From IMG/VR virus record IMGVR_UViG_3300042554_001750: a DNA stretch of 64,000 nucleotides; one strand, given 5' to 3'. The notes under the pieces are model-generated. The model ran no database searches. It was given only the letters and a program-made list of their open reading frames with translations, and was not told the DNA's origin. Made by a program: the position numbers and the translations under genes. The stretch comes from a virus. Its lineage: Duplodnaviria; Caudoviricetes. Shown piece by piece: positions 9,030-19,425 of the stretch. Positions within the stretch are counted from its first letter, which is position 1, and the number at the start of each line of letters is the position of its first letter.

Positions 9030-9638
9030 CTATTCTTTATCCAAACTCAGTATGACCACATCTTGATTTTTATTCTTTTTGGGTTTCCCTGGCCAATTCA
9101 ATCCAATGTCATGCCAATCTACATCTGTTTTGTTTAAATGGACAATTTTTTCCTTTTTGGTAGTTTTCTTTACCCAATCACTAACAATGGGTTTCGTAGA
9201 GAACCACCAAGAATCGGTCATATAAAATATGTCTGATTCTTCTTCTGCTGAGATATGAAATTCTACCCCCTCACAAATTTTACTAAGGATAGTGATATTT
9301 TTAACCTTTAATCTATCTTCACAGATGCTATCAATTTTTTTCATTAGAACACATGCAACAACTTGATCATATGGATCCTCAGGCAATGTTGATATTTTTA
9401 AGCCTGCTTTTATATAATTCTCAATTATAGATTTATCCTCATGCAAAGATATAAACAACACATTTTCAAAACATTCATCAAATATAAATTTAATGCGTTC
9501 CAAACTAATTGTTTGTTCTTCCATTTCTTCAGTGTATACTTCCATCAACAAGTCAATATCATAAGTATTGATTATAAATGTGTTTTCAAAATGAATGGCA
9601 GAATTAAAAGAGAATTTTTTAGATACTAAAGCTGTCAT
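9030..9638 (-). CDS. hypothetical protein (possible degenerate T-fold)
   Basis: 202-aa ORF; fold resemblance is weak inference only. Confidence 0.75.
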   Translation of the reverse strand: MTALVSKKFSFNSAIHFENTFIINTYDIDLLMEVYTEEMEEQTISLERIKFIFDECFENVLFISLHEDKSIIENYIKAGLKISTLPEDPYDQVVACVLMKKIDSICEDRLKVKNITILSKICEGVEFHISAEEESDIFYMTDSWWFSTKPIVSDWVKKTTKKEKIVHLNKTDVDWHDIGLNWPGKPKKNKNQDVVILSLDKE

Positions 9639-9871
9639 TTGTTGTCTTTTTCAATATTGATTTTGGTTTGAATGTTTTGCTTTTTAATCAACGCATCCAT
9701 TTTTTTGTTGTATTCGGTTTTATAGCTTTCTAAAACCATATTCAGTTGATGAATAAGAGGACCATTGGCTGTCCTATAGGCAAAAGTCAATTTACCCGTA
9801 AGCTGACCAATGGTTTCTTGAAGTTCTTCTAACGATTTATCGTCTAAACTATGTACAAAAGGATGTTGCAT
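9635..9871 (-). CDS. hypothetical coiled-coil protein
   Basis: 78-aa ORF with upstream ATAAATA. Confidence 0.75.
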   Translation of the reverse strand: MQHPFVHSLDDKSLEELQETIGQLTGKLTFAYRTANGPLIHQLNMVLESYKTEYNKKMDALIKKQNIQTKINIEKDNK

Positions 9872-9883
9872 CCTAAATATTTA

Positions 9884-11173
9884 TTACCAAGAACTTAAGC
9901 TAATTCTTTTCCAGATATCTGTGCCGTTGTACGCAGTTGCAGTTATAGCAACGTTTGCATTTGGATAATTCTCATTAGTTAGAGTAACTACATTTCCGGC
10001 TACGCCTGCTGTTCTAGTATCACTTATAGAAATAACACCCGATACTGGCGTATTCAAAGTTTTAACATAATAAACTTGATTTTGGGTAATGTTTCCAAAA
10101 GCATTAGATGTAAATGCATCTCCGGTAAAGATAATAGGATCGTTGACACTTAAACTAGTTGTATTATCTAATTGAATTAAATCAGCGGTACCTGTGATTG
10201 TAGTTGAACCTACTGTTTGGCTTGTGCTGATGTTATATGTTCCTGCACCACCTGAACCTGAACCCAATGATGTAATATATGTGCCGGCTGTGACACCAGT
10301 ACCAGTTAAGAACATTCCTACTAAGAATGTACCAGTTACTGTGCCACCAACAGTTAAAACTGTTCCTGTTATTGAGCTAGCAGTGCCACTAGCTGTTAAA
10401 TGATTGGTAACGTTGCCGTAAATCGTATTTGCTCCGGACTTCAATGTAGTGGTAGCATCATATGTGCCGGTGCATACATACAAATAGTCCGCATCAACAG
10501 CGACAGTTCCAGCTACATCCCCCTTAAATCCTGTTGGGGAAGGAGTTCTATTTTGAATCTGAGTTGTTATACGAGGCCTGTTTGTTGGTGATATAACAAT
10601 TGTGTCACCGCAATCATTAGAATTAAGTTGATAATTTAATTGTGAGACTCCATATGGAGTAGTAATCACGGCTGCATTAGCAGTATTAGTGAAATTTTCT
10701 AAGGTTGTAGCACCAAAGTTATTGTTTGTACAAACAACTTCACTTGGGAAAGTGATTGACGCATTAGCATTGCTAACTGCCAATTCTAATTTTATACCAC
10801 CTTGAGTAGCTACTGGGGACCATCCGCCGAACTGAATTACTACATCTTCTGCTACTGTACCATATTGAACATCACCCAATGATGCATCTATTAAAACTGT
10901 ACCGGAAAGATTATTTCCTAAATTATAAGTTGTGGCTCTGAAACTGCGTGTGGATGCATTACTGATCAGTGTGTTGGCCATATCATTATTCAATGCAGCA
11001 TTAGCCAATGCTGATTTAAGAACTACTTTATTCTGTAAATCAGAAATTTCATTTCCTGCTGCATCTAAATTTGTTTTGATGGCGGCAAAATTATTTCTAA
11101 AGCCCTGTGAACTATTATTTTGTCCGGGCACTGGATAATTTACATCAATTCCGTTTGTGTTAATTGTACTCAT
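9884..11173 (-). CDS. virion structural/fibre-like protein
   Basis: T/G/N-rich composition; C-terminal DADYLYVC...IWKRISLSSW module; located in the tail cluster. Confidence 0.65.
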   Translation of the reverse strand: MSTINTNGIDVNYPVPGQNNSSQGFRNNFAAIKTNLDAAGNEISDLQNKVVLKSALANAALNNDMANTLISNASTRSFRATTYNLGNNLSGTVLIDASLGDVQYGTVAEDVVIQFGGWSPVATQGGIKLELAVSNANASITFPSEVVCTNNNFGATTLENFTNTANAAVITTPYGVSQLNYQLNSNDCGDTIVISPTNRPRITTQIQNRTPSPTGFKGDVAGTVAVDADYLYVCTGTYDATTTLKSGANTIYGNVTNHLTASGTASSITGTVLTVGGTVTGTFLVGMFLTGTGVTAGTYITSLGSGSGGAGTYNISTSQTVGSTTITGTADLIQLDNTTSLSVNDPIIFTGDAFTSNAFGNITQNQVYYVKTLNTPVSGVISISDTRTAGVAGNVVTLTNENYPNANVAITATAYNGTDIWKRISLSSW

Positions 11174-11193
11174 AATTTAATTCCGTATTATAT

Positions 11194-13977
11194 TTAGTAT
11201 TGTGTCTGATCGGGTAAAATAGTTTTACGGGGGAACAATACATAAAAATCTTTGCTATCAATGGGCGATGGTACGGGAGTTCCACTAGGTAATCCTGTCC
11301 AACTCGGTGGTGTGACAAAGTTATCGTAGTTGTAAGTTAACGACTTATCTACAGTAAATCTATCAAGTGCAAAATTAATCAAATTGAGTTGATAAGCATT
11401 GCCAATTGGATCCAACCACATTGTTTCAATATTCGTTTTAACTGTCGTACTATATCCTGGCTTAGTATAGCAAATTACCCATGCAGGAGTGTAGCCTAAA
11501 GTACTACCATTTTCTTGTTGACTAGTCATCCATAATGGTAAAATTCTGCTATCAAATTCTTGCCCAAGTTCTTGACCAACACGGTCACGCATGTTCGGTA
11601 GACTATTAGGATACAATGTGTTTGCGCTACCGGGTGTTAAACTGGTGTAAAATTGTTGACCTAAAATTTCAACATAGCTGGTATAAATGTTTGTTATGCT
11701 AGTATACCATGGTCCTAAATTTAAATTGATGGTTCTAGGCCAAGCAATTTCTTCAGGAATACTTATTCCCCGAGGATTGATTAAGTCATCAATAATTTCA
11801 CTATATACGACCTCGTATATTATTCTACCATTTTCATCTCTTGCAATAGCTGTTTTAATTTCACCCAATGTTATGCTGCGGTCATAATGGTTTCTAGTAA
11901 CGGCTGCTATATATTCTTGTACATCACTAGCATGTATGCCGTATGCATGTTCATAAATCACACTTGTAGATAAACCAAAATAAGGGTCATTTGGTCTATA
12001 TAGCACATTGGGTGGGAAGATTTCAGAGTTTGTTAGTAAACTTTCTAAAATATTTCTGTCCTGAATATCAGGAGCACACTTAATATATAGAGTATCTGTA
12101 GGTTGATCAAATTCTTGAACAACAGTAATAGTAAATGTTTTTTCTGATTTAACAACTGGATATTGAGGTGAATAAGCCTCTACTGTAAATGTAAATTCTG
12201 TTTCGGCACCTATAGGTAAAATTTCGTCTGTTGGCTGAAATGCAGTATACCCGGTAATTTCTCCGTTACTTAATAATACTAAGTTGGGTGGCAATGATCC
12301 CGAAATTATTCTATATTGCAATTCTACATCAGATTCTGCAACCACAGATTTGATACTTAACGACCCATTAAAAATATTTCCTAAACTGCTTGGGGATACC
12401 CATACAATATCACCATTAATTTCATTAGATACATTAAAAGAAAATATAAAGAAAGGTGTCTGAATTGCTGGATTAGAAATTTTGTTTACAGATACTCTAA
12501 AAGAAAAATTATTTATATTTACTGTGCTTAAACTAGGTGTACCTGTTACCCAACCTGTTTCTGAATTACCTGTTAAGAATGAAGGCAAATCAGCGAATAG
12601 ATAATTCAATCCTGTTCCATCAAAATCATGTCCTATGATTTTAAATGCAAAGAAATTATCATTTTTTATAGTACCGATAAATGCCGGAGTTGAAGGAGGA
12701 TATGTTCCTTCAACAGGTAAAACATAGTACCCATAATATGGATCAGTATCGTTTAAGTTGTATGTAGGTGGCCTTGTATTATAAATTGTTGGTATACGTG
12801 TGTTCGGCAAAAAGTTAGGACCATTGGGAGCATTTTGATTTACTACAGTAATTGAATAGGATTGTGTAGTGTTACCTAATGGACTTGTTAGAGTTAGATT
12901 AAAACCATAACTTCTAATTGTAGGTTGCCCAACAGATACCGGTGGCAATACAACAGTCATAAATCCAGTATCATTGTTTAAATTAAATGTTGCACCGTTT
13001 TGAATTGTACTTATTGTAAAACTAGTTGCGTCTATAACACTCTTAATATAATAGATGGTGCCTATTTCTATGTTATCAAATGCTGTAGCACCAGTAAAAT
13101 ATACAGGTCTGCCCGCAAAAAAATTAGTTGTACTTACACAGGTAATTACATCACTCGCGGAAGTAGCCGTCGCAGAGGTCGTTATTTGTGGCACAGTTAC
13201 ATTATTTGTAGGGGGTTGTGCGTAACCTCTAATAATACCCTGATCATTAATTTCTAACCCCGGTGGTAATAATCCTTGAGTTACTGATATTTTAATAGGA
13301 TTATCTACTAGAGGATTTAGATAATCTATCGGAAATTCAATCCATACGCTATCGTTCGTGCTAAACAAAATACCAGAGGGGGTTGTAAAGCTGGGTGTCG
13401 CAGATCCATTAATAGTTATAGTAAAAGTTTTATCTTTGATATTGCCTAAATTATCAGTTGCCCTTATTACTAATTTGTTAGTTTCGGCTTGGCTAATGGT
13501 AGTAGGAGTACCTGCAATAGTACCATTAGTAAAAGATAATCCCGAAGGAAGTATTCCTGATATCAAAGTGTATGAAATAGTAGTAGCCGGCAATACAGGA
13601 ATAGCCACAACACTTACTTCTAACGGTGCGTTAGTAATAAATGATCCCAAATCAGTACCTGAGGGTGACACCCATACAGGTTGTATGGGATTGTATGTAG
13701 TGGTTAATACAAAAGTTTTCGTTGAAGAATTACCTAAATTGTCTGTTGCTAAAACTGTAAAAGTGTAGTTTGTAGTGCTTAATACATATGACAAAGTGCC
13801 ACTTAGTAATCCATTAATATTTAAAGTTGTGCCAGCCGGTAAACTACCATTCGCCAAAGTGTATGATACAATTGATGTTGCGGGTAGTATAGATTTTGCA
13901 ATTAAAGAAATACTAATTTCTTCTCCGGCTGGATAAGAACTTAGGTTATAATCTGTCGTCCAAACTGGCTTTGCCAT
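11194..13977 (-). CDS. baseplate-associated protein with tandem Ig-like (He_PIG-type) domains
   Basis: Repeated P.W.T...L...GSLP.G..L...G.I.GT...YTFTV.ATD units. Confidence 0.7.
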   Translation of the reverse strand: MAKPVWTTDYNLSSYPAGEEISISLIAKSILPATSIVSYTLANGSLPAGTTLNINGLLSGTLSYVLSTTNYTFTVLATDNLGNSSTKTFVLTTTYNPIQPVWVSPSGTDLGSFITNAPLEVSVVAIPVLPATTISYTLISGILPSGLSFTNGTIAGTPTTISQAETNKLVIRATDNLGNIKDKTFTITINGSATPSFTTPSGILFSTNDSVWIEFPIDYLNPLVDNPIKISVTQGLLPPGLEINDQGIIRGYAQPPTNNVTVPQITTSATATSASDVITCVSTTNFFAGRPVYFTGATAFDNIEIGTIYYIKSVIDATSFTISTIQNGATFNLNNDTGFMTVVLPPVSVGQPTIRSYGFNLTLTSPLGNTTQSYSITVVNQNAPNGPNFLPNTRIPTIYNTRPPTYNLNDTDPYYGYYVLPVEGTYPPSTPAFIGTIKNDNFFAFKIIGHDFDGTGLNYLFADLPSFLTGNSETGWVTGTPSLSTVNINNFSFRVSVNKISNPAIQTPFFIFSFNVSNEINGDIVWVSPSSLGNIFNGSLSIKSVVAESDVELQYRIISGSLPPNLVLLSNGEITGYTAFQPTDEILPIGAETEFTFTVEAYSPQYPVVKSEKTFTITVVQEFDQPTDTLYIKCAPDIQDRNILESLLTNSEIFPPNVLYRPNDPYFGLSTSVIYEHAYGIHASDVQEYIAAVTRNHYDRSITLGEIKTAIARDENGRIIYEVVYSEIIDDLINPRGISIPEEIAWPRTINLNLGPWYTSITNIYTSYVEILGQQFYTSLTPGSANTLYPNSLPNMRDRVGQELGQEFDSRILPLWMTSQQENGSTLGYTPAWVICYTKPGYSTTVKTNIETMWLDPIGNAYQLNLINFALDRFTVDKSLTYNYDNFVTPPSWTGLPSGTPVPSPIDSKDFYVLFPRKTILPDQTQY

Positions 13978-13978
13978 T

Positions 13979-14602
13979 TTAATGTGCGCCTAAATGTTGT
14001 AATGCCAAATGATAGTGATGTTGTCTATCCGCTAAACCAATGGTGCCACCATTGATTCTTTTTGTCAATGTAATGAAATCATCTTTGTCGCAGAACTGAT
14101 TTAACTTATTATTGTCCCAGAACCAGCCGGCACTTGCTACAGCACCATTGGGTGTTTCTAAATAAGCAATTGTACTGTCAAGATCCATATCTAGTGCTTC
14201 TGCAAAGCGTGTGTAGTTGTCACGACCGGTAAGTTGAATCAACCCACGACCTCTGAACTTAAATCCATCACCACTTGCTTCATCACCGTTCTTCATGCGA
14301 TTAGCATAAACACGGTTAGCAATCATTTGTGGTTTTCTTTCATACTGCTTTGCTAATTCTTCTGTAGGAAAGTATTTCTTAAATGTAGTCATCAAACCTT
14401 TAGCACTGTAGTTAAGATTTTCTACAACAGCAGTAAATCCACCTGATTCGTGTGCTATTTGTGCCAAGAATCCTGCAACTCTGCGCGGATTCTGAAACAT
14501 CTCATAATATTCTGCTACTGTATTTAAAGGTTCCACATAACCTTCTAATATAGCTCTTTTTGTTTTTGGGCACATTGCCGTTAATAATTCTAATGTTACC
14601 AT
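13979..14602 (-). CDS. glycoside hydrolase family 19 lysin (chitinase/lysozyme-like)
   Basis: FLAQIAHESGGF, ENLNYS, FRGRGLIQLTGRDNY and RINGG motifs. Confidence 0.92.
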   Translation of the reverse strand: MVTLELLTAMCPKTKRAILEGYVEPLNTVAEYYEMFQNPRRVAGFLAQIAHESGGFTAVVENLNYSAKGLMTTFKKYFPTEELAKQYERKPQMIANRVYANRMKNGDEASGDGFKFRGRGLIQLTGRDNYTRFAEALDMDLDSTIAYLETPNGAVASAGWFWDNNKLNQFCDKDDFITLTKRINGGTIGLADRQHHYHLALQHLGAH

Positions 14603-14611
14603 ATTTCACCT

Positions 14612-17600
14612 TTATGCGTATGTTGCTCCAACTGTGTACCAATCTGTGGTATTTGGAGTCATGAATTGCAGTGTTGAACCTGCAGTCTGTGTATATGCAA
14701 CGTTGGCTGCAGCACCGTTAATATCGCCACCTGTATGCGGATAAACTAGTAATGAATTAGCAGACAAGTTCGTAATTATTATAACCATACCTGCAACGGC
14801 TGTTGGTAATCTTACACCTTGCCCGCTTGAAACAGTTGATATCATGTTAATTTCTGTAGTCAATGCTGTAGCATTGCCTTGAGCAGTACCTGCTGCCGCA
14901 ATACCAGTAGTTACTGAACGAATATGGAATCCACTTACTGAAACATTCGCAGCACTAATATTACCGCTAGATGATAAACTTGTTAAAGTACCGACAGATG
15001 TAATATTTGGTTGAGCGGCTGTTGTTACTGTACCTGCTGTAGTTGCGCTAGTAGCAGCACCGCTCAATGCACCGACGAATGTTGTAGCAGTAATAGAGTT
15101 ATTAGATAAGTTAGCGGTAAGACCGGTACTTGTTAGTTCTGCAACGTTGCCTGTTGCCGCATTTGCAAAAATAAGGAAGTTGTTTCCTGTGCCGGCAGCC
15201 ACGTTAATATTATCAGCAACGTTTGCATAAGCAACGTTCAAATTTGAAACGCGGGTAGTGCTTGTTACTGTTAGTGGAGCGGTACCAGTTGCTACGTTTG
15301 AAGTTAATGTACTTGCAACAACCGCAGTAGTCGCATTTAAATTACCGACGTTAGCATTTCCTGTTACTGCAACAGAAGTTAATGTACCAACACTAGTAAT
15401 ATTTGGTTGAGCCGCTGTTGTTACTGTACCTGCAGTAGTTGCACTTGTTGCTGAGCCACTAAGTGTTGCAGTAATAGTTCCTGCACTAAAGTTACCGCTA
15501 GCATCTCTAGCAACAACCTTGCTTGCAGTATTCGCTGATGTAGCATCAACTGCCGCTGTTACTGCTGTACCACCATTGAAACTTGTACCAGTTAGGAATG
15601 AACCTAAAGTCAATGTTTGTGTAGTGTTTGCAGTAATAGTTCCTGAACCACCAAGCGTAATACTTGTGCCGTTAACAGTCAATGAACTGTTAGCAAGTCT
15701 TGCTTGTGCAAGAGTACCACTTGAAATGTTACTTGCATTTAGTGTCGTTAAGTTAGCACCACTACCACTAAATGTTGTTGCGGTTATTACGTTACCTGCA
15801 AAACTACCATTTGTATCACGCGCCACAACCTTACTTGCTGTGGCTGCATCTGTTGCATCAACTGCCCAAGTAATAGCAGTTCCACCGTTGAAACTACCAC
15901 CGGTTATATATGAACCATTACTATGGCTTTGAGTAGTATTAGCAGTAATTGTGCCTGAACCACCAAGCGTAATACTTGTGCCGTTAACAGTTAATGATGC
16001 GTTAGCAAGCCTTGCTTGTGCTAATGTACCACTTGAAATGTTACTTGCATTTAGTGTCGTTAAGTTAGCACCACTACCGGCAAATACACCTGTATTAGCA
16101 GTGAAGTTTACTGCGGTGACTGTGCCGTTAACACCTAGTGAAGTTAGTGTACCCACTCCAGTGATGTTTGGCTGGCTTGCGGTAGTTAGTGTGCCACCTA
16201 ATGTCGTTGCGACAACACCCGCAGCTCCTAAATTACCAACGTTAGCATTACCGGTTACATTCAATGTACCTGCAACGTTTACTCCCGTACCTGTTACTAC
16301 AACAATATTAGCATTACCTGATGCACTGATAGTTACATTACTATTACTGAAAGTTCTTACATTAGCATTTCCGTTTTGTATTGCAGTTGCATCTATACCT
16401 GTTAGTTGACTACCATTTCCTATAAAATAATTACCAGTGATGTTTCCAGTAGCTACTACTTGTCCGGCTGTAGTTAGATTTCCACCCGTGACATTGCCGG
16501 CGGCATTTACGAAACCTGCATTTAGAATAATATTTCCGCTGCTATTGATATTTCCGGAAAGAACTAAAGATACTAAAGTACCAACACTAGTAACATTTGG
16601 TTGCGAACTTGTTGTTAAAGCACCGGTAAAAGTTGTCGCAGTAACATTATTGCCTACAACTAAATTACTTGGTAAATTTACATTACCGGTAGTCTTATTA
16701 AATGTAAATCCTGAGTTAGCAGCATAATTGCCATTGTCATTAAAAAAGATTTGTGTGTTAGACCCGGGCGCGGGAACTCCTGCTGCATTATTCCATGATA
16801 GAGATCCTGATCCGTTTGTCATCAAAAAATAATTTGCAGTGCCACCTGTAATTGTCACATTACCAACGGCACCTAAATTAGTTGTACCACTAACTGTTAA
16901 ACCTGTTAATGTGCCTAAACTTGTGATATTAGGTTGTGCTGATGTAGTAACATTACCAGATAAGTTTCCAACAATAGTAGTAGCACCTAGGTTTCCTACG
17001 TTAGCATTGCCAGTAGCATTTAATGTTCCTGCCACAGTAACACCGGTACCAGTGACTACAAATACATTTGCGTTTCCACCAACACTAGTCCTTACATTAC
17101 TATTAATATCTACATATACATTACTAGTACCATTTAAAATATAGCTTCCAGCTGCTACTGAAACATTAGTTAATAAGCTACCATCACCTTGAAAGAAGTT
17201 AGCTTTAGCTAAGTTACCTAAATTTGCATTTCCCGAAGTCAAGTTACCAGTAACATTTAAGTCACCGGTAATATTACCGGATCCTGTTATAGCAATATTT
17301 CCTGTAGAAATATTAGCAGCAGAAATATTTGATGTTACTGCTACATTTCCACTAATGTTAGCACCGGTGTTTGAAACAACAACTACATTAGAAGTTCCAG
17401 CCACACTTATTGCAACGTTACCATTGGCAACAGGAACGATACTTGTATTACCGCTGGTTATGTTTGCAGTCACATTAGGTGTTGAAATTGAAGTGTTTCC
17501 GATAACCGTTGTACCAACCGTGACATTATTATTAGCAACGGTGGTATTTCCTATTACAATGTTTGCATTATTAATCGTTGTATTACCCACTGTCACTGTG

Positions 17601-17896
17601 TTATTTGCTACGACTGTATTACCAACAGTAACGTTTGCATTATTGACAGTTGTATTACCCACAGTTACACTATTATTAGCAACTGTAGTATTACCTACAG
17701 TAATATTGGCAGGGCTAACAGCAACATTTCCTGTAGTAACATTGCCATTTGAAGTTACAACATTGGCACTAGGAGATGAAATATTAGAAACCGTTTGTGC
17801 TATCTTAGTCCAGGATCTGAACATAGAATTATAACGGTAATTATAAGTACCATCGTTGTAGATTTGATTATTTGTAGGACTTACTGGAAATGGCAT
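14612..17896 (-). CDS. long repetitive tail-fibre-like protein
   Basis: 1094 aa, N/G/T/V-rich; multiple T.AQPNITSVGTLTSL repeats. Confidence 0.7.
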   Translation of the reverse strand: MPFPVSPTNNQIYNDGTYNYRYNSMFRSWTKIAQTVSNISSPSANVVTSNGNVTTGNVAVSPANITVGNTTVANNSVTVGNTTVNNANVTVGNTVVANNTVTVGNTTINNANIVIGNTTVANNNVTVGTTVIGNTSISTPNVTANITSGNTSIVPVANGNVAISVAGTSNVVVVSNTGANISGNVAVTSNISAANISTGNIAITGSGNITGDLNVTGNLTSGNANLGNLAKANFFQGDGSLLTNVSVAAGSYILNGTSNVYVDINSNVRTSVGGNANVFVVTGTGVTVAGTLNATGNANVGNLGATTIVGNLSGNVTTSAQPNITSLGTLTGLTVSGTTNLGAVGNVTITGGTANYFLMTNGSGSLSWNNAAGVPAPGSNTQIFFNDNGNYAANSGFTFNKTTGNVNLPSNLVVGNNVTATTFTGALTTSSQPNVTSVGTLVSLVLSGNINSSGNIILNAGFVNAAGNVTGGNLTTAGQVVATGNITGNYFIGNGSQLTGIDATAIQNGNANVRTFSNSNVTISASGNANIVVVTGTGVNVAGTLNVTGNANVGNLGAAGVVATTLGGTLTTASQPNITGVGTLTSLGVNGTVTAVNFTANTGVFAGSGANLTTLNASNISSGTLAQARLANASLTVNGTSITLGGSGTITANTTQSHSNGSYITGGSFNGGTAITWAVDATDAATASKVVARDTNGSFAGNVITATTFSGSGANLTTLNASNISSGTLAQARLANSSLTVNGTSITLGGSGTITANTTQTLTLGSFLTGTSFNGGTAVTAAVDATSANTASKVVARDASGNFSAGTITATLSGSATSATTAGTVTTAAQPNITSVGTLTSVAVTGNANVGNLNATTAVVASTLTSNVATGTAPLTVTSTTRVSNLNVAYANVADNINVAAGTGNNFLIFANAATGNVAELTSTGLTANLSNNSITATTFVGALSGAATSATTAGTVTTAAQPNITSVGTLTSLSSSGNISAANVSVSGFHIRSVTTGIAAAGTAQGNATALTTEINMISTVSSGQGVRLPTAVAGMVIIITNLSANSLLVYPHTGGDINGAAANVAYTQTAGSTLQFMTPNTTDWYTVGATYA
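15642..16078. repeat. internal near-identical direct repeat (15642-15766 and 15954-16078) in the fibre gene
   Basis: Two 125-bp copies encoding GSGANLTTLNASNISSGTLAQARLAN.S.TVNGTSITLGGSG, differing almost only at synonymous sites. Confidence 0.9.
17486..17701 (-). repeat. 12-aa (36-bp) tandem repeat TVGNTTV(A/N)NN.V, about 6 copies
   Basis: Visible in the translation, aa 66-137 of the fibre protein. Confidence 0.8.
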
Positions 17897-17908
17897 AATT
17901 AATTATCC

Positions 17909-19327
17909 TTAAAAGCTTGGTGGTAAAAAGTCATAGAAGTAGTCACTTGATCCATCAGTAACCCACATATATAGTCTTTGAAAATTATTTGGTGCATCAA
18001 TGTAAAAGAATATGTCTCCATAATTTAAATCACTAAAGGTCGGTGGAGTGTTACCATAATAAAATTGTGTAGACCAAATCGCATTACTGTTACCATCTGA
18101 CTTGAGTGTTTGCCCCCTAGTTCCAAAGCTACCACTCAATGAGACTCCTGATGTTGCTCCGCTTAGAATAACATTACCTGCGGTCGTATTTCCTGTAACA
18201 TTAAGTGTACCAGTAACATTTGCACCCGTGCCAGTTACTACTACTACGTTGGCATTCCCTACAGCACTAAGGTTGATATTACCATTGGCATTTGGTATGC
18301 TTATATTACTGTTACCATTGGCCAATGAACCTTGTAAATTTGCTCCGGTAATATTACCCGTAACAGATAGACTTGTTAATGTACCGACACTAGTAATATT
18401 AGGTTGTGCATTAGTTGTCAACGTGCCTGTTAATAATAAAGCACCAATCGTGCCACTATTCGCATAAACATTACCAGCGGTCACATTACCAGTTACTGCT
18501 AAAGAAGTTAATGTACCAACACTAGTGATATTAGGTTGTGCATTAGTTGTTATTGTACCTGTTAACAATGTCGCTGAAATGTTTCCGGCAGACACATTGC
18601 CTGTTATAGAAGCATTGCCTGTTGTAACAAGGTTTGCACCTGACACATTGCCAGTTGCAGACACATTTCCACTAGTGATTAAATTACCACCGGTTATATT
18701 TCCGGATACTAAAAGATTACCGCTGAATGAACCGTTACCTACACTAATATTACCTGTAGTGAACGCCGTGATGCTAATTGAGTTAGCTGAGATATCACCG
18801 TCTTTATTAACACTAAATTTACTAGCTGCATTTACTTGTAAATCAATTAGTTTTGAGGCGGATGAACTATTAGTATCTGTAATATTTGTATAGAAAGCAA
18901 TGAATGTATTTGATGCACTATTCCAAGTTTGTTGTATTCTTACTGCAGGCGCATTTGATAATAAAGTTGTAGTAGGTTGTAAGTTGATAGATTGAACATT
19001 AGAAATGTTGATAGGTAAATCTACCCAAAGAACCTGAGATGAAGATGTTAATGTTGCATCTGTAAGACCATTGGCACCTATACCAACAGAAAGTGTGCTA
19101 GTATGCACTTGAACACAGGCAATATTTGCAATTAAAACTACATTTCCTGCTGGGCTGCTTACATCAATGCCTCCACCTGTAGGGCTTGATATAGTCTGTA
19201 CGCTTCCCGAAGAGGCTTGTGTGAATAGTTGATTAAAGTTATTCTGTGTTTTTTGAAACGCGGTTCTAATCGCATCTGCATCTGGATCATCAGGAAATGA
19301 ACCAAAATCAATAAACTGTTGAGCCAT
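17909..19327 (-). CDS. baseplate/fibre protein with T4 gp9/gp10-like N-terminus
   Basis: FIDFGSFPDDPDADAIRTAFQKTQNNFNQL resembles the gp9/gp10 N-terminal motif; AQPNITSVGTL repeats follow. Confidence 0.6.
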   Translation of the reverse strand: MAQQFIDFGSFPDDPDADAIRTAFQKTQNNFNQLFTQASSGSVQTISSPTGGGIDVSSPAGNVVLIANIACVQVHTSTLSVGIGANGLTDATLTSSSQVLWVDLPINISNVQSINLQPTTTLLSNAPAVRIQQTWNSASNTFIAFYTNITDTNSSSASKLIDLQVNAASKFSVNKDGDISANSISITAFTTGNISVGNGSFSGNLLVSGNITGGNLITSGNVSATGNVSGANLVTTGNASITGNVSAGNISATLLTGTITTNAQPNITSVGTLTSLAVTGNVTAGNVYANSGTIGALLLTGTLTTNAQPNITSVGTLTSLSVTGNITGANLQGSLANGNSNISIPNANGNINLSAVGNANVVVVTGTGANVTGTLNVTGNTTAGNVILSGATSGVSLSGSFGTRGQTLKSDGNSNAIWSTQFYYGNTPPTFSDLNYGDIFFYIDAPNNFQRLYMWVTDGSSDYFYDFLPPSF

Positions 19328-19348
19328 TTTATTTTTTACCTTATTTTG

Positions 19349-19356
19349 TATTTATC
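19349..19356 (-). promoter_or_regulatory. T4-type late promoter variant GATAAATA
   Basis: Matches the recurring (G/C/A/T)ATAAATA box upstream of structural genes. Confidence 0.7.
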
Positions 19357-19380
19357 GTTAATATACAAACACTATACCCA

Positions 19381-19408
19381 AAAAAATACCCGACATTAAG
19401 CCGGGTAT
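19381..19408 (-). terminator. intrinsic terminator
   Basis: ATACCCG stem with a U-tract on the minus strand after the 19426-21429 gene. Confidence 0.75.
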
Positions 19409-19425
19409 GTTTGTGAAGTAAAGTA

